Positions 25,101-37,100 of a stretch of 64,000 nucleotides of DNA are shown here, piece by piece. The DNA lies in assembly GCA_964016885.1 (NCBI GenBank), contig OZ024742.1:335048001-335112000 (forward strand), read 5' to 3'. Within the stretch, counting starts at the first letter, position 1, and the number at the start of each line of letters is the position of its first letter. Origin of the DNA: Eledone cirrhosa (taxonomy: Eukaryota). Both the position numbers and the translations under genes were made by a program. Below the pieces are notes generated by a model, which saw only the letters and a list, made by a program, of their open reading frames with translations, was not told where the DNA came from and ran no database searches.

Positions 25101-28100
25101 CAGTAGTGGTGGTAGGTGGTGTTAGAGTAGTGGTGGTAGGTGGTGTTAAATAAGTGGTTGTAGGTGGTATTAGAGTAGTGGTGGTAGGTGGTGTTAGAGA
25201 TGTGGTGGTAGGGGTATTAGAGTAGTGGTGGTAGGTGATGTTACAGAACTGGTGGTAGGTGGTGTTAGAGTAGTGGTGGTAGGTGGTGTTAGAGTAGTGG
25301 TGGTAGGTGGTGTTAGAGAAGTTGTGGTAGGTGGTGTTAGAGTAGTGGTGGTAGGTGGTGTTAGAGTAGTGGTGGTAGGTGGTATTAGAGAATTGGTGGT
25401 AGGTGGTGTTAGAGTAGTGGTGGTAGGTGGTGTTAGAGTAGTGGTGGTAGGTGGTGTTAGAGTAGTGGTGGTAGGTGGTGTTAGAGTAGTGGTGGTAGGT
25501 GGTATTAGAGAGTGGTCGTTGGTGGTGCTAGAGAAGTGGTGGTAGGTGGTGTTAGAGTAGTGGTGGTAGGTGGTGTTAGAGTAGTGGTGGTAGGTGGTGT
25601 TAAAGAAGTGGTGGTAGGTGGTGTTACAGTAGAGGTGGTAGGTGGTGTTAGAGTAGTGGTGGTAGGTGGTGTTAGAGTAGTGGTGGTAGGTGGTGTTAGA
25701 GTAGTGGTGGTAGGTGGTATTAGAGAGTGGTCGTTGGTGGTGCTAGAGAAGTGGTGGTAGGTGGTGTTAGAGTAGTGGTGGTAGGTGGTGTTAGAGTAGT
25801 GGTGGTAGGTGGTGTTACAGTAGTGGTGGTAGGTGGTATTAGAGAATTGGTGGTAGGTGGTGTTAGAGTAGTGGTGGTAGGTGGTGTTAGAGTAGTGGTG
25901 GTAGGTGGTGTTAAAGAAGTGGTGGTAGGTGGTGTTAGAGTAGTGGTGGTAGGTGGTATTAGAGAGTGGTCGTTGGTGGTGCTAGAGAAGTGGTGGTAGG
26001 TGGTGTTAGAGTAGTGGTGGTAGGTGGTGTTAGAGTAGTGGTGGTAGGTGGTGTTACAGTAGTGGTGGTAGGTGGTGTTAGAGTAGTGGTGGTAGGTGGT
26101 GTTAGAGTAGTGGTGGTAGGTGGTGTTACAGTAGTGGTGGTTGGTGGTGTTAGAGTACTGGTGGTAGGTGGTGTTAGAGTAGTGGTGGTAGGTGGTATTA
26201 GAGTAGTGGTGGTAGGTGGTGTTAGAGTAGTGGTGGTAGGTGGTGTTAGAGTAGTGGTGGTAGGTGGTGTTAAAGTAGTGGTGGTAGGTGGTGTTAGAGA
26301 AGTGGTGGTAGGTGGTGTTACAGTAGTGGTGGTAGGTGGTGTTAGAGTACTGGTGGTAGGTGGTGTTAGAGTAGTGGTGGTAGGTGGTGTTAGAGTAGTG
26401 GTGGTAGGTGGTGTTAGAGAAGTGGTGGTAGGTGGTGTTACAGTAGTGGTGGTAGGTGGTGTTAGAGAAGTGGTGGTAGGTGGTGTTACAGTAGTGGTGG
26501 TAGGTGGTGTTAGAGAAGTGGTGGTAGGTGGTGTTAGAGAAGTGGTGGTAGGTGGTGTTAGAGTAGTGGTGGTAGGTGGTGTTAGAGAAGTGGTGGTAGG
26601 TGGTGTTACAGTAGTGGTGGTAGGTGGTGTTAGAGTACTGGTGGTAGGTGGTGTTAGAGTAGTGGTGGTAGGTGGTATTAGAGTAGTGGTGGTAGGTGGT
26701 GTTAGAGTAGTGGTGGTAGGTGGTGTTAGAGTAGTGGTGGTAGGTGGTGTTAGAGTAGTGGTGGTAGGTGGTGTTAGAGTAGTGGTGGTAGGTGGTGTTA
26801 GAGTAGTGGTGGTAGGTGGTGTTAGAGTAGTGGTGGTAGGTGGTGTTAGAGTAGTGGTGGTAGGTGGTGTTAGAGTAGTGGTGGTAGGTGGTGTTAGAGT
26901 AGTGGTGGTAGGTGGTGTTACAGTAGTGATGGTAGGTGGTCTTAGAGTAGTGGTGGTAGGTGGTGTTAGAGTAGTGGTGGTAGGTGGTGTTAGAGTAGTG
27001 GTGGTAGGTGGTGTTACAGTAGTGATGGTAGGTGGTCTTAGAGTAGTGATGGTAGGTGGTGTTAGAGTAGTGGTGGTAGGTGGTGTTAGAGTAGTGGTGG
27101 TAGGTGGTGTTACAGTAGTGGTGGTAGGTGGTGTTAGAGTAGTGGTGGTAAGTGGTGTTAAGGAAGTGGTGGTAGGTGGTGTTAGAGTAGTGGTGGTAGG
27201 TGGTGTTAGAGAAGTGGTGGTAGGTGGTGTTAGAGTAGTGGTGGTAGGTGGGGTTACAGAAGTGGTGGTAGGTGGTGTTAGAGAAGTGGTGGTAGGTGGT
27301 GTTAGAGTAGTGGTGGTAGGTGGTGTTAGAGAAGTGGTGGTAGGTGGTGTTAGAGAAGGGGTGGTAGGTGGTGTTAGAGAAGTGGTGGTAGGTGGTGTTA
27401 GAGTAGTGGTGGTAGGTGGTGTTAGAGTAGTGGTGGTAGGTGGTGTTAGAGAAGTGGTGGGAGTTGGTTTTAGAGAAGTGGTGTTAGGTGGTGTTAGAGT
27501 AGTGGTGGTAGGTGGTGTTAGAGTAGTGGTGGTAGGTGGCGTTAGAGTAGTGGTGGTAGGTGGTGTTAGAGTAGTGGTGGTAGGTGGTGTTAGAGTAGTG
27601 GTGGTAGGTGATGTTACAGTGGTGGTGGTAGGTGGTGTTAGAGTAGTGGTGGTAGGTGGTGTTAGAGTAGTGGTGGTAGGTGGTGTTAGAATAGTGGTGG
27701 TAGGTGGTGTTAGAGTAGTGGTGGTAGGTGGTGTTAGAGAAGTAAGGGTAGGTAGTGTTAGAGTATTGGTGGTAGGTGTTGTTAGAGTAGTGGTGGTAGG
27801 TGGTGTTAGAGAAGTGGTGGTAGGTGGTGTTAGAGAAGTGGTGGGAGTTGGTGTTAGAGATGTGGTGGTAGGTGGTGTTAGAGTAGTGGTGGTAGGTGGT
27901 GTTAGAGAAGTAAGGGTAGGTAGTGTTAGAGTAATGCTGGTAGGTGGTGTTAGTGAAGTGGTGGTAGTTGGTGTTAGAGAATTGGTGGTAGGTGGTGTTA
28001 GAGTAGTGGTGGTAGGTGGTGTTAGAGTAGTGGTGGTAGGTGGTGTTACAGTAGTCGTGGTAGGTGGTGTTAGAGTAGTGGTGGTAGGTGGTGTTACAGT

Positions 28101-31100
28101 AGTGGTGGTAGGTGGTGTTACAGTAGTGGTAGTAGGTGGTATTAGAGTAGTGGTGGTAGGTGGTGTTAGAGAAATGGTGGTAGGTGGTGTTACAGGAGTG
28201 GTGGTAGTTGGTGTTAGATAGGTGGTGGTAGGCGGTGTTAGAGTATTGGTGGTAGGTGGTGTTACAGTAGTGGTGGTAGGTGGTGTTAGTGTAGTGGTGG
28301 TAGGTGGTGTTTAGTAGTGGTGGTAGGTGGTGTTAGAATAGTGGTGGTAGGTGGTGTTACAGTAGTGGTGGTAGGTGGTGTTAGAGTAGTGGTGGTAGTT
28401 GGTGTTAGAGTAGTGGTGGTAGGTGGTGTTAGAGAAGTGGTGGTAGGTGGTGTTTAGTAGTGGTGGTAGGTGGTGTTAGATTAGTGGTGGTAGGTGGTGT
28501 TAGAGAAGTGGTGGTAGGTGGTGTTAGAGAAGTGGTGGTAGGTGGTGTTAGATTAGTGGTGGTAGGTGGTGTTAAAGAAGTGGTGGTAGGTGGTGTTAGA
28601 GAAGTGCTGGTAGTTGGTGTTAGAGTAGTGGTGGTAGGTGGTGTTAAAGAAGTGGTGGTAGGTGGTGTTAGAGTAGTGGTGGTAGGTGGTATTAGAGAGT
28701 GGTCGTTGGTGGTGCTAGAGAAGTGGTGGTAGGTGGTGTTAGAGTAGTGGTGGTAGGTGGTGTTAGAGTAGTGGTGGTAGGTGGTGTTACAGTAGTGGTG
28801 GTAGGTGGTGTTAGAGTAGTGGTGGTAGGTGGTGTTAGAGTAGTGGTGGTAGGTGGTGTTACAGTAGTGGTGGTTGGTGGTGTTAGAGTACTGGTGGTAG
28901 GTGGTGTTAGAGTAGTGGTGGTAGGTGGTATTAGAGTAGTGGTGGTAGGTGGTGTTAGAGTAGTGGTGGTAGGTGGTGTTAGAGTAGTGGTGGTAGGTGG
29001 TGTTAAAGTAGTGGTGGTAGGTGGTGTTAGAGAAGTGGTGGTAGGTGGTGTTACAGTAGTGGTGGTAGGTGGTGTTAGAGTACTGGTGGTAGGTGGTGTT
29101 AGAGTAGTGGTGGTAGGTGGTGTTAGAGTAGTGGTGGTAGGTGGTGTTAGAGTAGTGGTGGTAGGTGGTGTTACAGTAGTGGTGGTAGGTGGTGTTAGAG
29201 TAGTGGTGGTAGGTGGTGTTACAGTAGTGGTGGTAGGTGGTGTTAGAGTAGTGGTGGTAGGTGGTGTTAGAGTAGTGGTGGTAGGTGGTATTAGAGTAGT
29301 GGTGGTAGGTGATGTTAGAGTAGTGGTGGTAGGTGGTGTTAGAGTAGTGGTGGTAGGTGGTGTTGCAGTAGTGGTGGTAGGTGGTGTTAGAGAAGTGGTG
29401 GTAGGTGGTGTTAGAGTAGTGGTGGTAGGTGGTGTTAGAGAAGTGGTGGTAGGTGGTGTTACAGTAGTGGTGGTAGGTGGTGTTAGAGTACTGGTGGTAG
29501 GTGGTGTTAGAGTAGTGGTGGTAGGTGGTGTTAGAGTAGTGGTGGTAGGTGGTGTTAGAGTAGTGGTGGTAGGTGGTGTTAGAGTAGTGGTGGTAGGTGG
29601 TGTTAGAGTAGTGGTGGTAGGTGGTGTTAGAGTAGTGGTGGTAGGTGGTGTTAGAGTAGTGGTGGTAGGTGGTGTTAGAGTAGTGGTGGTAGGTGGTGTT
29701 ACAGTAGTGATGGTAGGTGGTCTTAGAGTAGTGGTGGTAGGTGGTGTTAGAGTAGTGGTGGTAGGTGGTGTTAGAGTAGTGGTGGTAGGTGGTGTTACAG
29801 TAGTGATGGTAGGTGGTCTTAGAGTAGTGATGGTAGGTGGTGTTAGAGTAGTGGTGGTAGGTGGTGTTAGAGTAGTGGTGGTAGGTGGTGTTACAGTAGT
29901 GGTGGTAGGTGGTGTTAGAGTAGTGGTGGTAAGTGGTGTTAAGGAAGTGGTGGTAGGTGGTGTTAGAGTAGTGGTGGTAGGTGGTGTTAGAGAAGTGGTG
30001 GTAGGTGGTGTTAGAGTAGTGGTGGTAGGTGGGGTTACAGAAGTGGTGGTAGGTGGTGTTAGAGAAGTGGTGGTAGGTGGTGTTAGAGTAGTGGTGGTAG
30101 GTGGTGTTAGAGAAGTGGTGGTAGGTGGTGTTAGAGAAGGGGTGGTAGGTGGTGTTAGAGAAGTGGTGGTAGGTGGTGTTAGAGTAGTGGTGGTAGGTGG
30201 TGTTAGAGTAGTGGTGGTAGGTGGTGTTAGAGAAGTGGTGGGAGTTGGTTTTAGAGAAGTGGTGTTAGGTGGTGTTAGAGTAGTGGTGGTAGGTGGTGTT
30301 AGAGTAGTGGTGGTAGGTGGTGTTAGAGTAGTGGTGGTAGGTGGTGTTAGAGTAGTGGTGGTAGGTGATGTTACAGTGGTGGTGGTAGGTGGTGTTAGAG
30401 TAGTGGTGGTAGGTGGTGTTAGAGTAGTGGTGGTAGGTGGTGTTAGAATAGTGGTGGTAGGTGGTGTTAGAGTAGTGGTGGTAGGTGGTGTTAGAGAAGT
30501 AAGGGTAGGTAGTGTTAGAGTATTGGTGGTAGGTGTTGTTAGAGTAGTGGTGGTAGGTGGTGTTAGAGAAGTGGTGGTAGGTGGTGTTAGAGAAGTGGTG
30601 GGAGTTGGTGTTAGGGATGTGGTGGTAGGTGGTGTTAGAGTAGTGGTGGTAGGTGGTGTTAGAGAAGTAAGGGTAGGTAGTGTTAGAGTAATGCTGGTAG
30701 GTGGTGTTAGTGAAGTGGTGGTAGTTGGTGTTAGAGAATTGGTGGTAGGTGGTGTTAGAGTAGTGGTGGTAGGTGGTGTTAGAGTAGTGGTGGTAGGTGG
30801 TGTTACAGTAGTCGTGGTAGGTGGTGTTAGAGTAGTGGTGGTAGGTGGTGTTACAGTAGTGGTGGTAGGTGGTGTTACAGTAGTGGTAGTAGGTGGTATT
30901 AGAGTAGTGGTGGTAGGTGGTGTTAGAGAAATGGTGGTAGGTGGTGTTACAGGAGTGGTGGTAGTTGGTGTTAGATAGGTGGTGGTAGGCGGTGTTAGAG
31001 TATTGGTGGTAGGTGGTGTTACAGTAGTGGTGGTAGGTGGTGTTAGTGTAGTGGTGGTAGGTGGTGTTTAGTAGTGGTGGTAGGTGGTGTTAGAATAGTG

Positions 31101-34100
31101 GTGGTAGGTGGTGTTACAGTAGTGGTGGTAGGTGGTGTTAGAGTAGTGGTGGTAGTTGGTGTTAGAGTAGTGGTGGTAGGTGGTGTTAGAGAAGTGGTGG
31201 TAGGTGGTGTTTAGTAGTGGTGGTAGGTGGTGTTAGATTAGTGGTGGTAGGTGGTGTTAGAGAAGTGGTGGTAGGTGGTGTTAGAGAAGTGGTGGTAGGT
31301 GGTGTTAGATTAGTGGTGGTAGGTGGTGTTAAAGTAGTGGTGGTAGTTGGTGTTAAAGAAGTGGTGGTAGGTGGTGTTAGAGAAGTGCTGGTAGTTGGTG
31401 TTAGAGTAGTGGTGGTAGGTGGTGTTAGAGAAGTGCTGGTAGTTGGTGTTAGAGAAGTGGTGGTAGTTGGTGTTAGAGAAGTGGTGGTAGGTGGTTCTAG
31501 AGTAGTGGTGGTAGGTGGTGTTAGAGTAATGGTGGTAGGTGGTGTTAGAGAAGTGCTGGTAGTTGGTGTTAGAGAAGTGGTGGTAGGTGGTGTTAGAGTA
31601 GTGGTGGTAGGTGGTGTTAGAGTAGTGGTGGTAGGTGGTGTTAGAGTAGTGGTGGTAGGTGGTGTTAGAGTAGTGGTGGTAGGTGGTGTTAGAGTAATGG
31701 TGGTAGGTGGTGTTAGAGAAGTGGTGGTAGGTGGTGTTAGAGTAGTGGTGGTAGGTGGTGTTAGAGTAGTGGTGGTAGGTGGTGTTACAGTAGTGGTGGT
31801 AGGTGGTGTTAGAGTAGTGGTGGTAGGTGGTGTTAGAGTACTGGTGGTAGGTGGTGTTAGAGTAGTGGTGGTAGGTGGTGTTAGAGTAGTGGTGGTATGT
31901 GGTGTTAGAGAAGTGGTGGTAGGTGGTGTTAGAGTAGTGGTGGTAGGTGGTATTAGAGTAGTGGTGGTAGGTGGTGTTAGAGTAGTGGTGGTAGGTGGTA
32001 TTAGAGTAGTGGTGGTAGGTGGTGTTAGAGTAGTGGTGGTAGGTGGTGTTAGATTAGTGGTGGTAGGTCGTGTTAGAGTAGTGGTGGTAGGTGGTGGTAG
32101 GTGGTGTTAGAGTAGTGGTGGTAGGTGGTATTAGAGTAGTGGTGGTAGGTGGTGTTAGAGAAGTGGTGGTAGGTGGTGTTACAGTAGTGGTGGTAGGTGG
32201 TGTTAGAGAAGTGGTGGTAGGGGGTGTTACAGTAGTGGTGGTAGGTGGTGTTAGAGAAGTGGTGGTAGGTTGTGTTAGAGAAGTGGTGGTAGGTGGTGTT
32301 AGAGAAGTGGTGGTAGGTGGTGTTAAAGAAGTGGTGGTAGGTGGTGTTAGAGTAGTGGTGGTAGGTGGTGTTAGAGAAGTGGTGGTAGGTTGTGTTAGAG
32401 AAGTGTTTGTAGGTGGTATTAGAGTAATGGTGGTAGGGGTATTAGAGTAGTGGTGGTAGGTGGTGTTAGAGTAGTGGTGGTAGGTGGTGTTAGAGTAGTG
32501 GTGGTAGGTGGTGTTAGAGTAGTGGTGGTAGGTGGTGTTAGAGTAGTGGTGGTAGGTGGTATTAGAGTAGTGGAGGTAGGTGGTGTTAGAGAAGTGGTTG
32601 TAGGTGGTGTTAGAGTAGTGGTGGTAGGTGGTGTTAGAGTAGTGGTGGTAGGTGGTGTTAGATTAATGGTGGTAGGTTGTATTAGAGTAGTGGTGGTAGG
32701 TGGTGTTAGAGTAGTGGTGGTAGGTGTTGTTAGAGTAGTGGTGGTAGGTGGTGTTAGAGTAGTGGTGGTAGGTGGTGTTAGAGTAGTGGTGGTAGGTGGT
32801 GTTAGAGTAGTGGTGGTAGGTGGTGTTAGAGTAGTGGTGGTAGGTGGTGTTACAGTAGTGGTGGTAGGTGGTGTTAGAGAAGTGGTGGTAGGTGGTGTTA
32901 GAGAATTGGTGGTAGGTGGTGTTAGAGTAGTGGTGGTAGGTGGTGTTAGAGTAGTGGTGGTAGGTGGTGTTAGAGTAGTGGTGGTAGGTGGTGTTAGAGT
33001 AGTGGTGGTAGGTGGTGTTAGAGTAGTGGTGGTAGGTGGTGTTACATTAGTGGTGATAGGTGGTGTTAGAGTAGTGGTGGTAGGTGGTGTTAGAGTAGTG
33101 GTGGTAGGTGGTGTTAGAGTAGTGGTGGTAGGTGGTGTTAGACTAGTGGTGGTAGGTGGTGTTAGAGTAGTGGTGGTAGGTGGTGTTAGAGAAGTGGTGG
33201 TAGGTGGTGTTAGAGTAGTGGTGGTAGGTGGTGTTACATTAGTGGTGATAGGTGGTGTTAGAGTAGTGGTGGTAGGTGGTGTTAGAGTAGTGGTGGTAGG
33301 TGGTGTTAGAGTAGTGGTGGTAGGTGGTGTTAGACTAGTGGTGGTAGGTGGTGTTAGAGTAGTGGTGGTAGGTGGTGTTAGAGAAGTGGTGGTAGGTGGT
33401 GTTAGAGTAGTGGTGGTAGGTGGTGTTAGAGAAGTGGTGGTAGGTGGTGTTAGAGTAGTGGTGGTAGGTGGTGTTAGAGAAGTGGTGGTAGGTGGTGTTA
33501 GATAAGTGGTGGTAGGTGTTGTTAGAGTAGTGGTGGTAGGTGGTGTTAGAGTAGTAGTGGTAGGTGGTGTTAGAGTAGTTGTGGTAGGTGGTGTTACAGT
33601 AGTGGTGGTAGGTGGTGTTAGAGAAGTGGTGGTAGGTGGTGTTAGAGTAGTGGTGGTAGGTGGTGTTAGAGTAGTGGTGGTAGGTGGTGTTACAGTAGTG
33701 GTGGTAGGTGGTGTTAGAGTAGTGGTGGTAGGTGGTGTTAGAGTAGTGGTGGTAGGTGGTGTTAGAGTAGTGGTGGTAGGTGGTGTTAGAGAAGTAGTGG
33801 TAGGTGGTGTTAGAGTAGTGGTGGTAGGTGGTGTTAGAGTAGTGGTGGTAGGTGGTGTTACAGTAGTGGTGGTAGGTGGTGTTAGAGTAGTGGTGGTAGG
33901 TGGTGTTAGAGTAGTGGTGGTAGGTGGTGTTACAGTAGTGGTGGTAGGTGGTGTTAGAGAAGTAGTGGTAGGTGGTGTTAGAGTAGTGGTGGTAGGTGGT
34001 GTTAGAGAAGTGGTGGTAGGTGGTGTTAAAGTAGTGGTGGTAGGTGGTGTTAGAGTAGTGGTGGTAGGTGGTGTTAGAGTAGTGGTGGTAGGTGGTGTTA

Positions 34101-37100
34101 GAGTAGTGGTGGTAGGTGGTGTTAGAGTAGTGGTGGTAGGTGGTGTTAGAGAATTGGTGGTAGGTGGTGTTAGAGTAGTGGTGGTAGGTGGTGTTAGAGT
34201 AGTGGTGGTAGGTGGTGTTAGAGAAATGGTGGTAGGTGGTGTTAGAGTAGTGGTGGTAGGTGGTGTTACAGTAGTGGTGATAGGTGGTGTTAGAGTAGTG
34301 GTGGTAGGTGGTGTTAGAGTAGTGGTGGTAGGTGGTGTTAGAGTAGTGGTGGTAGGTGGTATTAGAGTAGTGGTGGTAGGTGGTGTTAGAGTAGTGGTGG
34401 TAGGTGGTGTTAGAGTAGTGGTGGTAGGTGGTATTAGAGTAGTGGTGGTAGGTGGTGTTAGAGTAGTGGTGGTAGGTGGTGTTAGAGAAGTGGTGGTAGG
34501 TGGTGTTAGAGTAGTGGTGGTAGGTGGTGTTAGAGAAGTGGTGGTAGGTGGTGTTAGAGTAGTGGTGGTAGGTGGTGTTAGAGTAGTGGTGGTAGGTGGT
34601 ATTAGAGTAGTGGTGGTAGGTGGTGTTAGAGTAGTGGTGGTAGGTGGTGTTAGAGAAGTGGTGGTAGGTGGTGTTAGAGTAGTGGTGGTAGGTGGTGTTA
34701 GAGAAGTGGTGGTAGGTGGTGTTAGAGTAGTGGTGGTAGGTGGTGTTAGAGTAGTGGTGGTAGGTGGTGTTAGAGTAGTGGTGGTAGGTGGTGTTACAGT
34801 AGTGGTGGTAGGTGTTGTTACAGAAGTGGTGATAGTTGGTGTTAGAGTAGTGGTGGTAGGTGGTGTTAGAGTAGTGGTGGTAGGTGGTGTTAGAGTAGTG
34901 GTGGTAGGTGGTGTTAGAGAAGTGGTGGTAGGTGGTGTTAGAGTAGTGCTGGTAGGTGGTGTTAGAGTAGTGGTGGTAGGTGGTGTTAGAGTAGTGGTGG
35001 TAGGTGGTATTGGAGTAGTGGTGGTAGGTGGTGTTACAGTAGTGGTGGTAGGTGGTGTTACAGTAGTGGTGGTACGTGGTGTTAGAGAAGTGGTGGTAGG
35101 TGGTGTTAGAGAAGTGGTGGTAGGTGGTGTTAGAGTAGTGGTGGTAGGTGGTGTTAGAGTAGTGGTGGTAGTTGGTGTTAGAGAAGTGGTGGTAGGTGGT
35201 GTTAGAGAAGGGGTGGTAGGTGGTGTTAGAGAAGTGGTGGTAGGTGGTGTTAGAGTAGTGGTGGTAGGTGGTGTTAGAGAAGTGGTGGTAGGTGGTGTTA
35301 GTGTAGTGGTGGTAGGTGGTGTTTAATAGTGGTGGTAGGTGGTGTTAGAGTAGTGGTGGTAGGTGGTGTTACAGTAGTGGTGATAGGTGGTGTTAGAGTA
35401 GTGGTGGTAGGTGGTGTTAGAGTAGTGGTGGTAGGTGGTGTTAGAGTAGTGGTGGTAGGTGGTATTAGAGTAGTGGTGGTAGGTGGTGTTAGAGAAGTGG
35501 TGGTAGGTGGTGTTAGAGTAGTGGTGGTAGGTGGTGTTAGAGAAGTGGTGGTAGGTGGTGTTAGAGTAGTGCTGGTAGGTGGTGTTAGAGTAGTGGTGGT
35601 AGGTGGTGTTAGAGTAGTGGTGGTAGGTGGTATTGGAGTAGTGGTGGTAGGTGGTGTTACAGTAGTGGTGGTAGGTGGTGTTACAGTAGTGGTGGTACGT
35701 GGTGTTAGAGTAGTGGTGGTAGGTGGTGTTAGAGAAGTGGTGGTAGGTGGTGTTAGAGTAGTGGTGGTAGGTGGTGTTAGAGTAGTGGTGGTAGTTGGTG
35801 TTAGAGAAATGGTGGTAGGTGGTGTTAGAGAAGGGGTGGTAGGTGGTGTTAGAGAAGTGGTGGTAGGTGGTGTTAGAGTAGTGGTGGTAGGTGGTGTTAG
35901 AGAAGTGGTTGGAGTTAGTGTTAGAGTAGTGGTGGTAGGTGGTGTTAGTGTAGTGGTGGTAGGTGGTGTTACAGTAGTGGTGGTAGGTGGTGTTACAGTA
36001 GTGGTAGTAGGTGGTATTAGAGTAGTGGTGGTAGGTGGTGTTAGAGAAGTGGTGGTAGGTGGTGTTAGAGTAGTGGTGGTAGGTGGTGTTACAGTAGTGG
36101 TGGTAGGTTGTGTTAGACAGGTGGTGGTAGGCCGTGTTAGAGTAGTGGTGGTAGGTGGTGTTACAGTAGTGGTGGTAGGTGGTGTTAGTGTAGTGGTGGT
36201 AGGTGGTGTTTAATAGTGGTGGTAGGTGGTGTTAGAGTAGTGGTGGTAGGTGGTGTTACAGTAGTGGTGGTAGGTGGTGTTAGTGTAGTGGTGGTAGGTG
36301 GTGTTTAATAGTGGTGGTAGGTGGTGTTAGAATAGTGGTGGTAGTTGGTGTTACAGTAGTGGTGGTAGGTGGTGTTAGAGTAGTGGTGGTAGTTGGTGTT
36401 AGGTGGTGTTAGAGAAGTGGTGGTAGGTGGTGTTAGAGAAGTGGTGGTAGGTGGTGTTACAGTAGGTGGTGGTAGGTGGTGTTAGAGAAGTGGTGGTAGG
36501 TGGTGTTAGAGTAGTGGTGGTAGTTGGTGGTAGGTGGTGTTAGAGTAGTGGTGGTAGGTGGTGTTAGAGTAGAGGTGGTAGGTGGTGTTAGAGTAGTGGT
36601 GGTAGTTGGTGTTAGAATAGTGGTGGTAGGTGGTGTTAGAGTAGTGGTGGTATTTGGTGGTAGGTGGTGTTAGAGAGTGGTGGTAGGTGGTGTTAGAGAA
36701 TGAGTGGTGGTAGGTGGTGTTAGAGTAGTGGTGGTAGGTGGTGTTAGAGTAGTGGTGGTAGTTGGTGGTAGGTGGTGTTAGAGTAGTGGTGGTAGGTGGT
36801 GTTAGAGTAGTGGTGGTAGGTGGTGTTAGAGTAGTGTTGGTAGGTGGTATTAGAGAAGTGTTGGTAGGTGGTGTTAGAGAAGTGTTGGTAGGTGGTGTTA
36901 GAGTAGTGGTGGTAGGTGGTGTTACAATAGTGGTGGTAGGTGGTGTTAGAGTAGTGGTGGAAGTTGGTGGTAGGTGGTGTTAGAGTAGTGGTGGTAGGTG
37001 GTGTTAGAGTAGTGGTGGTAGGTGGTGTTACAGTAGTGGTGGTAGGTGGTGTTAGAGTAGTGGTGGTAGGTGGTGTTAGAGTAGTGGTGGTAGGTGGTAT